DNA of 64,000 nucleotides from Lachnospiraceae bacterium (GTDB lineage: Bacteria > Bacillota > Clostridia > Lachnospirales > Lachnospiraceae): contig JBGVKG010000017.1 in the NCBI GenBank assembly GCA_045123575.1, positions 15,520 to 79,519 on the forward strand. The letters are read 5' to 3'. Below the pieces are notes generated by a model. The model was given only the letters and a program-made list of their open reading frames with translations. It ran no database searches and was not told the DNA's origin. Positions 20,817 to 30,009 of this stretch are shown here, piece after piece. Position 1 is the stretch's first letter, and each line of letters begins with the position of its first letter. The position numbers and the translations under genes were made by a program.

Positions 20817-21503
20817 TTATAACTGTTCAAGTCTATCTGGCAGCTTACCTAATATAATATTAAGATTGCCATTTCTACATCTGATTGAGTCTATAAACTG
20901 CTTCTCGCTAACACCTGGTTTCATATCCACAATATATGTAAGCTCATAAAGCGTTCCCAAGTTTGTTGTTCTAACTCTCTCAAGCTCATATCTCTTTGTA
21001 TACTCTGAAAATAAATCGTCGAATATGCCTTCATAATCAAGATTCTCTGGTATAGTTACTCTAAGCTGCTTTGTAACCGCTCTCTTTACACCAAACTTCA
21101 TTCTTCCTAAAACCAAGTAATACAAACCTATAATAACTGTTACTATAACTGCTATAGTTATGTATCCCATACCTGTTGAAAGACCAACTGCCATAGCAAA
21201 GAAAACATTAGTAATATCCTTTGAATTACCTGGTACACTTCTAAATCTAACAAGTGCAAATACACCGCCAAGAGATATTGCTCTAGCAATATCTGAGCCA
21301 ACAACCATGATAACAACAGTTACAATAGCTGGCAATATAGCTAAACTAAATGCAAATGGTGATGAATATTTCTTTTCCTTGTCACTAAACATATAAATCA
21401 AGCTAATAACAAGACCCAATATAATACCTGTAACTATACAAGTAAGTCCTGCTTCTGTTGACACCGTACCTGTGGATGTTGTTTCTAGAATCGTGGTAAA
21501 CAT
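20817..21503 (-). CDS. DUF4956-family membrane protein
   Basis: 228 aa with 4 TM segments and GGVFALVRFRSVPGNSKDITNVFFAMAVGLSTGMG, the DUF4956 signature region. Overlaps the upstream VTC gene by 19 nt. Confidence 0.65.
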   Translation of the reverse strand: MFTTILETTSTGTVSTEAGLTCIVTGIILGLVISLIYMFSDKEKKYSSPFAFSLAILPAIVTVVIMVVGSDIARAISLGGVFALVRFRSVPGNSKDITNVFFAMAVGLSTGMGYITIAVIVTVIIGLYYLVLGRMKFGVKRAVTKQLRVTIPENLDYEGIFDDLFSEYTKRYELERVRTTNLGTLYELTYIVDMKPGVSEKQFIDSIRCRNGNLNIILGKLPDRLEQL

Positions 21504-22240
21504 AATAAATTTTCTCCTTTTAATCCATGTTTTTCTATTAAGTATTTTTTGTATTCTGTTCCGTATTTTGAGAACGAAGTTGGTTGTACTCCTGCCTCAG
21601 ACAGTATCTTTGTAAACCATAATGGTACTGCCATAAAGCTTTTAACCTCCATAAGCCACAGTTCATTACCAACAAGCAATTCACCATGATTTCCATTTTC
21701 TAACCCTACGTCTGTTCTCCTAGTACGCATATTTGTGTCAAATGTAACTCTAAAGTCTGAATCACCCTTGGCAAAATATGCTCTTCTGTCATATGTAATA
21801 TATACCTTAGGCTCCAAATCGTATCTTTTCAAGAACCATTGAATCTCTGACAACACCTGCTTGTTAATATAATTACTGTCCTGCGGTGCTATACCATTAA
21901 GCGTCAGGTCATAGGCTTCTCTCAAACGTAGCTTTGTCCTACGTTTATTGACCAAGCCTTTATACTTTTTCTTAATCTCGAGAAATACCTTGTCATCTAA
22001 ACCTGGCACTCCATAACTTCTTAAACGTAGCTTTTCCTTGTATATAGGCTTGTCAATAGATGCTCTAATAATCGCATCATCTGATGTGTCATAATAAATA
22101 TTTGCAATATTGTAAAATCCACCATCACGACTATACTTATCAGCTTCCATATATTCATCAAGCCTATCTACTATAAACTTGTATGTTCTTTCATCGATTA
22201 GATACTTCTTCTCATATCGGCTAAAGACTTCAATAGCCAT
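21485..22240 (-). CDS. VTC-domain (polyphosphate polymerase-like, triphosphate-tunnel) protein
   Basis: 251 aa. SRYEKKYLI, NIYYDTSD, EKLRLRSY, FLEIKKKYKGLVNKRR and RVTFD match the beta-strand pattern of the bacterial VTC/CYTH-like domain. Confidence 0.65.
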   Translation of the reverse strand: MAIEVFSRYEKKYLIDERTYKFIVDRLDEYMEADKYSRDGGFYNIANIYYDTSDDAIIRASIDKPIYKEKLRLRSYGVPGLDDKVFLEIKKKYKGLVNKRRTKLRLREAYDLTLNGIAPQDSNYINKQVLSEIQWFLKRYDLEPKVYITYDRRAYFAKGDSDFRVTFDTNMRTRRTDVGLENGNHGELLVGNELWLMEVKSFMAVPLWFTKILSEAGVQPTSFSKYGTEYKKYLIEKHGLKGENLLCLPRF

Positions 22241-22261
22241 CCTTTATACCTCCTCTAATGT

Positions 22262-23749
22262 CTACTTTACAGGCATCTGCGCCACCTTAAGTTCAAACCA
22301 AAAGATTGTACCCTCGTTTTCTTTGCTGCTCACACCAAACTGCGCATGATGAAGCTTCAGTACATTCTTCACTATGGATAAACCTAAGCCAGTTCCCATC
22401 ATAGCTCTCTTGTGGCTCTTATCCACCTTGTAATATCTCTCCCAAACGTTTTCTAACTCTTCTACAGCAATACCTGCACCCGTGTCAGCCACCTCTATAC
22501 GCACTATACTGCCTGCAACTCTTTGAGTCACTATTACGGTCTTATCCTCACCCGTATAGTTTATAGCATTATTTACCAGATTGTAAATCACCTGATATAT
22601 CTTGTACTCATCTGCATATACAGTTACATGTCTATCAAAATCGAATTTGATCTTATAGCCATTTTGCTCCATAAACTTTGCATATCTATCTATAACTGAC
22701 TGAATACTTTCAGTTAAATCATACACTTTAAGTTCTAGTTCTGCAACACCGGCCTGTAACTTGGATATATCAAGCAAATCATTAACAAGTGTAGTAAGTC
22801 TCTTTGCCTCATCTATAACTACCTGCACATTTTCTGGTGTATTCTCCCCTGGCAAATCACGCATAACCTCTGAATATGCAGTAATCATCGTAAGAGGAGT
22901 TCTAAGGTCATGAGAAACATTTGCCAATAATTCTCTTTGCAGACCTTCAGCCTTTGCCAACTCAATGGTAGCATAATTTAATGTATCTGACAACTGAGCT
23001 ATCTCTTTATATCCCTGTCCGTCGAATGTTACTGTATAATCACCCTTGCCTAGTCTACTAGCAGATTTATTTATCTTAACAATAGGCTTGGAAACCTTAT
23101 AAGAAATAATAATAGCCATAATCAGGGCCAATATAACCATTATCACAGATATACACACTAACTGAACTCTAATAGTTTGTACTGTCGCATCTACTGGTGT
23201 AATAACAGAATTGATAATCACCGCCATCTTCATTCCATCAGCACGTTCATATAGATTTATCTTAATTATGCTCTCACTTGCAACCATCTCACCTATTCCA
23301 TGGAATCGCTCTGGAAAAAATATTTCAAACCTGTCATCGATATTAGGTATCTGAACACCTATATCATCACCCGCTATAATTTCAGAATAGCTACCGTCAT
23401 TTTGCGCAGCTTTGCTTATAAATTTAATTATTTCATCTCTGCGCATCTTATGAACATAGCATTGAGTATTCTGCTCTGAACTATACAATTCATTGCCATA
23501 CTGGTCAACTACAACCACGCATATATCGTATCTGGATGCCACTAATTCTAATCCTTCTGTCATATCATCAGCACCTAATATAGTTTCAACATTTGAGAAT
23601 ACATTTTCTAATTCATTTTTCTTTATCATCTTGTAGAATTCATCTAAATACATAGTCTGAAATATCCATAAAAGTGCCAATAGCACCCCTATAAAACCAA
23701 GCATATATATAAATATTTTCCACTTTATGCCTAACTTTCTGTTTTTCAA
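22262..23749 (-). CDS. Sensor histidine kinase (two TM, periplasmic loop, HAMP, HisKA, HATPase_c)
   Basis: 495 aa with H-box LANVSHDLRTPLT, N-box NLVNNAINYT, G-boxes DTGAGI and GTGLGLSIV. Confidence 0.85.
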   Translation of the reverse strand: MKNRKLGIKWKIFIYMLGFIGVLLALLWIFQTMYLDEFYKMIKKNELENVFSNVETILGADDMTEGLELVASRYDICVVVVDQYGNELYSSEQNTQCYVHKMRRDEIIKFISKAAQNDGSYSEIIAGDDIGVQIPNIDDRFEIFFPERFHGIGEMVASESIIKINLYERADGMKMAVIINSVITPVDATVQTIRVQLVCISVIMVILALIMAIIISYKVSKPIVKINKSASRLGKGDYTVTFDGQGYKEIAQLSDTLNYATIELAKAEGLQRELLANVSHDLRTPLTMITAYSEVMRDLPGENTPENVQVVIDEAKRLTTLVNDLLDISKLQAGVAELELKVYDLTESIQSVIDRYAKFMEQNGYKIKFDFDRHVTVYADEYKIYQVIYNLVNNAINYTGEDKTVIVTQRVAGSIVRIEVADTGAGIAVEELENVWERYYKVDKSHKRAMMGTGLGLSIVKNVLKLHHAQFGVSSKENEGTIFWFELKVAQMPVK

Positions 23750-23899
23750 ATCAATGCCTCCACAACGTCAGTATTATATGCTTTTTGTATACATTACCTT
23801 CACTGCTTGATTGTAACATAAAAGCATAAGCCTTTCAATTATCATATAGTATAGATATACTATTTGATGTTTGTGTGAAAATCAGTTGAAAATAAATAA

Positions 23900-23943
23900 A
23901 AGATATATATAAATACTCCCGAAACCAAACTCGGTTTCGGGAG
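23900..23943 (-). terminator. Intrinsic terminator after the lipoprotein gene
   Basis: 11-bp stem ctcccgaaacc(23916-23926)/ggtttcgggag(23933-23943), followed on the minus strand by a U-rich tract. Confidence 0.65.
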
Positions 23944-23964
23944 GTTACATTATTCATAAATCAT

Positions 23965-25107
23965 TTACTTTACATATGAGAGAAAGTCTGACAGTTTATA
24001 TGTTCTAACAGTTAATCTTCCTTCCCAATTAAATTCTACATAATTATCTATAAACTCTGCTACTGACCAATGAGGTGCGCCGTACATCATGGCTATCTGA
24101 CTATCCAACTTTGCAGGTATCTGCATCCATTCAAATTCAATAGTTGTGATTTCACCATTTTTAGTTCTTTGAATTCTTAATAAATTACCATTATTATCAT
24201 AAGTAAAGTCTATGCATAATTCGGCTTCGTCATTAGTCAGCTTGACTATCTTTCCTTCACCATCAAAAGTATACTGGTCACCTTGCGCATTCTCAGATGT
24301 ACCATCACTATAATTATATACACGAGAAACCTCATAACCCCACCAGTTTGAAACGACAACCTCATCTACTTTTTTCTTATCACCACTTCCTGTATACAAA
24401 GGTGTTTTTCCATCTAGCTTTACATAACTTATAACAGTTTTAATATCACCTTTTTCGTCATAAGGTACTGTAGTAGCCTTACGTCTGATAGCTTCTACAT
24501 CACTACCATCTACATATGCCTCTCTAACTTCATCCTGTGTGATAGTATAGCTATCATTTCCATAACTATAAGTATATTTATACTCATACTTACTGTCCTC
24601 AACCAAATTACCTTCACCATCATATTCAAAATAAAAATTTGTCTGATCATAACTAGAGATACGGCCTTCATTATCCCACGCTATTACATATACTTCCTTG
24701 GATGATTCTTTGCCATTTTCAACCGACAGTCTAGTCAAGGTCGATGTTGTCTCATCATAGGTGATAGTCATCTCTTCACCTCTTTCAACATCCTTACCAA
24801 AGTCTTGCTTTTCCTCTATTATCTTAGTAATTCCATTCGAGTTAAACTCAAATATCATACTACTACGATTTACTTCACCCTTCCTTAATTCCCTAAGATT
24901 GTTCATTATAAAGGATGCATCCTTTAACTCACTGGTGTAAGTCACAGTTGATTCCCCTGAAGAATAAGTATATGTGGCCTTCTTCACAGTCCACGCCTTT
25001 TCCCCATTGTTCATTTCTCCTTTGCCTGCTGTAGCTCCACCATTGCCACAAGCTACCAATGACAACAGCAACATAACAGCTACTAGAAATAAAGATATTT
25101 TCTTCAT
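23965..25107 (-). CDS. Lipoprotein with YD-like repeats, function unknown
   Basis: 380 aa. Signal peptide plus lipobox LSLVAC|G. Recurring Y/F-x-Y/F-D-x-x-G-x-[LI] units (FEYDGEGNLV, YTFDGEGKIV, FTYDNNGNLL, WDNEGRIS). Confidence 0.6.
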   Translation of the reverse strand: MKKISLFLVAVMLLLSLVACGNGGATAGKGEMNNGEKAWTVKKATYTYSSGESTVTYTSELKDASFIMNNLRELRKGEVNRSSMIFEFNSNGITKIIEEKQDFGKDVERGEEMTITYDETTSTLTRLSVENGKESSKEVYVIAWDNEGRISSYDQTNFYFEYDGEGNLVEDSKYEYKYTYSYGNDSYTITQDEVREAYVDGSDVEAIRRKATTVPYDEKGDIKTVISYVKLDGKTPLYTGSGDKKKVDEVVVSNWWGYEVSRVYNYSDGTSENAQGDQYTFDGEGKIVKLTNDEAELCIDFTYDNNGNLLRIQRTKNGEITTIEFEWMQIPAKLDSQIAMMYGAPHWSVAEFIDNYVEFNWEGRLTVRTYKLSDFLSYVK

Positions 25108-25189
25108 ACGCTTTTCCCTCCTAATATAATATTTTAGTCACAAAATCCATTACTAAAATTATACCATAATCCTTATAATAAAGCAACTC

Positions 25190-25876
25190 TTAGCCCTCAA
25201 AACGGTACCCCACTCCACGCAATGTTATCAAATATTTCCTATACTCACCCAAGCTACTTCTAAGTAACTTTATATGTGTATCTAATGTTCTATCATCTCC
25301 AAAGTAATCATAGCCCCACACCTCTGATATAAGTTTCTCTCGTGTAAGCGCTATTCCTTTATTTCTGACCATATAGAAAAGCAAATCATACTCCTTTGGA
25401 GTCATAGTAGCCTTCTCTCCATCTATAGTTACTACTCTGCTAGTAAAATCTATAACCAAGCCCTCCTGTTTATAGACATCATGACCTTCATCCTCATTCT
25501 TCATAGACTTTGCCTGTCCATGTCGTGATATAACCACATTAACACGCATCATCAACTCCTTTGGCGAAAATGGTTTCACCACATAGTCATCTATACCAGC
25601 CTCAAAGCCATGTATCCTATCATACTCTTCACCTCTAGCCGAAAGCATAATAACCGGAATATCCTTAATCTTCTTTATCTCCTTGCAGGCAGAAAATCCG
25701 TCCAGCTCTGGCATCATCACATCAAGGATAATCAGGTCATAGTCATTTTCCTTGCACATCTCTATAGCTTCCATACCATCAGCTGCCTCACTTATATCAT
25801 AGCCTTCAAACTCAGCGTATTTCTTTATAATCAAACGAATCTTTTCTTCATCATCTACTACCAATATCTTGCTCAT
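25190..25876 (-). CDS. OmpR/PhoB-family response regulator
   Basis: 228 aa: receiver (VVDDE, ILDVMMP phospho-Asp, KPF) plus a winged-helix output (LTPKEYDLL, GVGYRF). Confidence 0.9.
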   Translation of the reverse strand: MSKILVVDDEEKIRLIIKKYAEFEGYDISEAADGMEAIEMCKENDYDLIILDVMMPELDGFSACKEIKKIKDIPVIMLSARGEEYDRIHGFEAGIDDYVVKPFSPKELMMRVNVVISRHGQAKSMKNEDEGHDVYKQEGLVIDFTSRVVTIDGEKATMTPKEYDLLFYMVRNKGIALTREKLISEVWGYDYFGDDRTLDTHIKLLRSSLGEYRKYLITLRGVGYRFEG

Positions 25877-26010
25877 AATTTTTCCCTTTCTTTGCCTCTT
25901 TTCAAACTACACAATAAAACATAATAAGATTATATCATATATGTGACAAAAAAGTGATATCTATTTGATATTATACAAAAAGAAGCTTACTTGCAAAATG
26001 ATAAATGCAA

Positions 26011-26052
26011 GAAACACAAAACGACAGTTGCAAAAGAAACTGTCGTTTTTTT
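26011..26052 (-). terminator. Intrinsic terminator after the dlt-like operon
   Basis: 9-bp stem acgacagtt(26021-26029)/aactgtcgt(26038-26046), with U-rich tracts on both strands. Confidence 0.55.
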
Positions 26053-26074
26053 AATCATATCATTATTAAGCATA

Positions 26075-27025
26075 TTATAGTCCAAGTTTTGAATTCTCAA
26101 TAGCATCTTTCCATGATAAATACTTCTCTTCGTCACGATGATCAATAAGTTCAAACTGCTCTGCCAAATAAGAACCGAAATATCTTGAAACCTTTCTCGC
26201 ACCATTATGATTCAAATGATTGCCACCATCTCTTGTATCCTGTGCCCAATTAATATTTAACTCTTCAGACTTAAGATTCATATCAAGATACACAATCTTT
26301 TTTTCCTGAGCCCAATCATTTACGGAATTATACTTTTCATAAGTCCAATTTGTTGGAGCTGGAGTCGTAACTAAGAGTATCTGCGCACCATTTTCTTCAC
26401 AAAGTGCATAGATTTTCTCTAAGTATTCATCTACAAGGCCAGAAAATTCCATACGTCCGTCAGACTCTTTCATCCATTCCCCACCTTCATAGGCAATTGT
26501 GTCTGTACGAAGCTTAAAGCCTTTTCTAATACACTCAATATCTCTATCTGAAGCATCCGCAAGACCCAAATACTGTTTCCATCTGTTATGATGTTTTAAG
26601 ATTGGAAATATCTTTGCCGCATCATTTAATATGTCATACTCTACATCCTGCGTAGAACCTGCATAACGAAAGAAACAGTTTGTCTCTAACACAATCAATT
26701 CAGGTGACTGTGTTTCAAATGCTGTTTCCAAAATACTAATGGTATCACAAAGTCTCTGCGCTGAAGTTCCACAGATATATGATGTTATTCCATACTCTTT
26801 AAAAATCTGAAGTGGACTGTATGCAGAATATGTTTCACTATCTCCTACTACAATCACATCAATGGTATCGTTTTCTTCTTTTAACAAAGCTTTTCTCTTA
26901 CTTTCAACAGTAACAGCATTATAAATGTCACCTTTTGGCGCTAATGCCAATGATAAAAGAAATAATATCCCTGCTAAGCCGCCAAGAAATACGATACTAC
27001 CAAATATATTTTTCCATTTTTTCAT
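26075..27025 (-). CDS. Membrane-anchored SGNH-fold protein (DltD/PatB/AlgJ-like acyl-transfer partner)
   Basis: 316 aa with an N-terminal TM anchor, block I VVGDSETYS, and a C-terminal DGGNHLN block V-like motif. Last gene of the operon, 9 nt after the MBOAT gene. Confidence 0.6.
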   Translation of the reverse strand: MKKWKNIFGSIVFLGGLAGILFLLSLALAPKGDIYNAVTVESKRKALLKEENDTIDVIVVGDSETYSAYSPLQIFKEYGITSYICGTSAQRLCDTISILETAFETQSPELIVLETNCFFRYAGSTQDVEYDILNDAAKIFPILKHHNRWKQYLGLADASDRDIECIRKGFKLRTDTIAYEGGEWMKESDGRMEFSGLVDEYLEKIYALCEENGAQILLVTTPAPTNWTYEKYNSVNDWAQEKKIVYLDMNLKSEELNINWAQDTRDGGNHLNHNGARKVSRYFGSYLAEQFELIDHRDEEKYLSWKDAIENSKLGL

Positions 27026-27034
27026 TTTTATCTC

Positions 27035-28585
27035 CTAGTAACCTGCATAAATCATCTCAACAATTGTATAACCTACACCGTAAGCACCAAACAGAACGAC
27101 CACTACGGCACCTGCATACCATAAGCTCCATCTTGCTACAATGTTCCATCCTGCAATTGCCTCGCGAATTTTAACACCTTTTTCATGAAGTTTTCCTACA
27201 ATTGCCACGATGAGAATACCAATTGCCGCAATTATCAAATCTGCTGCATCCATTTTCAATAAAGTGATTTTATAGATAAGCTCTGTAATATTAAAATTGG
27301 TTACAATCTTTCCAAGCATCGCAAATCCATCTGTTAATGTATCTGCACGGAAGAATAATTCTCCAACATTAATGATTAAAAACATTTTAATTGCTTGGAA
27401 AACACGATATCTGCTTCCCTGTCGGTTGATATTTAACTTTTCTGCAAGTTTCTTAATTGGTGCTTCTGTGATATTTTCCAAAAAAATAAGCACAAAGTAA
27501 TACATACCGTAGAAAATAAATGTCCAATTTGCGCCATGCCACAAGCCATTACAAGACCATACGCAAAACAGCGCAATCGTAGGCGCCACAAACTGGCTCA
27601 CATTTCTACCGAAACGCTCTTTAAACTTTTTAGCAAAGTTCTTTACAGGTTTTGCTAACGACACTGGGTAAAAAATATAATCCTTAAAAAATGCACCAAG
27701 TGTAATATGCCATCTTCTCCAGAACTCTGACGCATCCTTGGCAGCAAATGGCTGACGGAAGTTTTCTGGAAGAGTCACTCCAAAAATCTCACCACTACCA
27801 ATAATAATGTCCATACATCCTGAGAATTCCATATAAAGTTGCGCTGTATAGCACACTACACCAAAGGCAATAATAGAACCATCCAGTTCCATATAATTGT
27901 CAAACACATATCCTACCGTCACATAAATACGATCTGCAATAACAATTTTTTTAAACAAACCCCACAGTATTCTCTGGTATCCAAACTTTAAATTCTTGAA
28001 GGCAATCTTTCTACCTTCATATAAACTATCTGCCACTTCCGCGAAACGACTGATTGGTCCTTCCATAACCTGTGGAAAGAAGCTTAAATACAATGCCATT
28101 TTAAATAGATTATGCTCTGCCTTCTGCTTGCCACGATAAACATCTGTCATATAGGCAATCATCTGCAAGGTGTAGAACGAAAGTCCAACGGGTACCATGA
28201 ACTTAATTGGCTCAAACTTCCATGCATCTGTGAACAAATTCACAAAATCAGATGCCGTCTGACCAAAGAAGTTTAAGTATTTTAGCATTACTAAAAGACC
28301 AACGGATGCTACTACCCCTACAGCAAGAACCCTTCTCTTTTTGTACGTAATTAATTTCGCATTTCCTTCAGTAGTTAACGCAACATTTTCAATCCAAATA
28401 CCAATGTAATGAGTAAAGACTGTCGCTCCGAGCAAATACATCAAAAGCTTTCCACTAATCAAATAGAAAAAGATATAGTTCGCTAGTAAAAGCACTCCTT
28501 TTCTAAATTTCTGTGGGCAAAGCTGATATACCAATATAACTGTAGGAAGGAAAATCGCAAAATATTCCAACAAATGATAGGACAT
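27035..28585 (-). CDS. MBOAT-family membrane O-acyltransferase (DltB/AlgI-like)
   Basis: 516 aa, polytopic, with the conserved histidine region FWRRWHITLGAFFKDYIFYP. Confidence 0.85.
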   Translation of the reverse strand: MSYHLLEYFAIFLPTVILVYQLCPQKFRKGVLLLANYIFFYLISGKLLMYLLGATVFTHYIGIWIENVALTTEGNAKLITYKKRRVLAVGVVASVGLLVMLKYLNFFGQTASDFVNLFTDAWKFEPIKFMVPVGLSFYTLQMIAYMTDVYRGKQKAEHNLFKMALYLSFFPQVMEGPISRFAEVADSLYEGRKIAFKNLKFGYQRILWGLFKKIVIADRIYVTVGYVFDNYMELDGSIIAFGVVCYTAQLYMEFSGCMDIIIGSGEIFGVTLPENFRQPFAAKDASEFWRRWHITLGAFFKDYIFYPVSLAKPVKNFAKKFKERFGRNVSQFVAPTIALFCVWSCNGLWHGANWTFIFYGMYYFVLIFLENITEAPIKKLAEKLNINRQGSRYRVFQAIKMFLIINVGELFFRADTLTDGFAMLGKIVTNFNITELIYKITLLKMDAADLIIAAIGILIVAIVGKLHEKGVKIREAIAGWNIVARWSLWYAGAVVVVLFGAYGVGYTIVEMIYAGY

Positions 28586-28586
28586 T

Positions 28587-28817
28587 CTACTCTTCTCCTC
28601 TTAATCTGCAAATCATTTCCCAAAGGCTCTGTGCAGAATTGAAGTTCTCTGCCACTAGCTCTACTGGTTCGATTTCGATTTCGAAGGCATCTTCGATTTC
28701 TGATACCAGCGATAAAATACTGAATGAATCTAAGATTTCATCATCGATTAATGTTGTACAATTTTCGTAATCTACTCCTGGCTGAATATCTTCTAAAATT
28801 TCAAGTAACTGTTCCAT
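28587..28817 (-). CDS. Acyl/aminoacyl carrier protein (DltC-like)
   Basis: 76 aa and acidic, with phosphopantetheine-attachment context DDEILDSFSILSLV. Confidence 0.75.
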   Translation of the reverse strand: MEQLLEILEDIQPGVDYENCTTLIDDEILDSFSILSLVSEIEDAFEIEIEPVELVAENFNSAQSLWEMICRLRGEE

Positions 28818-28821
28818 TTTC

Positions 28822-30009
28822 TTATCTCCTTTTTGAATTAAATATATTTGTTTCTACGATTTCTCTAATAACCATAAAACCATTTTCTTTCGAATAAAAT
28901 ACTACCTGTGGAAGTTCACGGCTCAAAAACAGCGCCATTCCTTCTGTTACAGAATATGCTCCACACTTTTCAAACACCAGACAGTCATCCTTTGCTAATG
29001 CTGGTAGCTGTACTCCCTTTAGAATCACATCATTTACAGTGCAAAGTGAACCACAAATATTCCAGGCAGTCATTTCTTCGGAAACATCCTGCTTCTGTGC
29101 CTTTATCAATTTCATATGCGGAATCTTCATTCCCATAATCTGACCATAATAGTTTAACTGGTGAATACCACCATCAACAATTGCATAATTAGTTCCTTCT
29201 GTTGTTTTCACATCTACAACCTTTGTAAGGTAATTCCCGCATTCACTTGCAATGAAACGTCCAAGCTCAATTGTAATATGCGAAAATGCATCCACTGTGT
29301 CAAGCACTGCTTTTAATTCCAACAACTGCTCATTTGCATCTAAAGGCTCATCTGTGGCAAAGTAAGTAACTCCAAGTCCTGGTCCATACTCAAGTTCCTT
29401 GGTCGGCACATCGTATGTTTCCTGAAGATACTTGCCGTACTCCTGAAGCATTACAATCTCCTTTTCTACCTTTTTTGCCTTTTTCTGGGTTCCAGAGTAA
29501 AAATGAATTCCTTCAAACTCCATAGTTGCATCTGCTTTTACCTGCATCAATACCTTTTCTAAAGTTTCTTTATCCATACCAAATTGATTGCCACTAGATA
29601 ATCTAAGAAGTACCTTAATCTTTGTTCGGTATTTTTGGCAAACCTCTGACAGAATCCGATAGTGTTCTGGCGATTCAATGGTAAAAATACCTTCACCTTT
29701 GCTTAAATCCATAATCCTATCCATGGATGCGAAGTTTTTGTTTACACCTGAAACAACAATTTTCTCAGGTGCAATTCCTTCTCTATAACAAATCTCGTAC
29801 TCTCCTGGTGAACAAACCTCGTATCTTTGCGTGTACGCATTCATTGGTCCAATCAAAAACGGATTTGCTTTCATTGCATAACATGCCGTGACTCTCTTAC
29901 CCAGACACGCTTGAATCAACTCCATACGTGCCTTCAGTACATCTAAATCAAACAAGTAGCATGGTGTTGCAAACTGGGCTTTCGCAAGTTCAATCACATT
30001 ATTCTCCAT
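28822..30009 (-). CDS. Fold-type III PLP-dependent decarboxylase (Orn/DAP/Arg decarboxylase family 2, LysA/BtrK-like)
   Basis: YAMKANP (PLP lysine), EYGPGLGV, IELGRFIAS, ICGSLCTVND and CGAYS motifs. Start set at MENNVIEL (30009), which is preceded by AGGAGG. Confidence 0.75.
   Translation of the reverse strand: MENNVIELAKAQFATPCYLFDLDVLKARMELIQACLGKRVTACYAMKANPFLIGPMNAYTQRYEVCSPGEYEICYREGIAPEKIVVSGVNKNFASMDRIMDLSKGEGIFTIESPEHYRILSEVCQKYRTKIKVLLRLSSGNQFGMDKETLEKVLMQVKADATMEFEGIHFYSGTQKKAKKVEKEIVMLQEYGKYLQETYDVPTKELEYGPGLGVTYFATDEPLDANEQLLELKAVLDTVDAFSHITIELGRFIASECGNYLTKVVDVKTTEGTNYAIVDGGIHQLNYYGQIMGMKIPHMKLIKAQKQDVSEEMTAWNICGSLCTVNDVILKGVQLPALAKDDCLVFEKCGAYSVTEGMALFLSRELPQVVFYSKENGFMVIREIVETNIFNSKRR

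Noticed and set aside
25987-26205. 72-aa minus-strand ORF overlapping the 3' end of the SGNH gene and its terminator.
   Set aside because: It is out of frame with a well-supported gene and spans the terminator hairpin, with no RBS.
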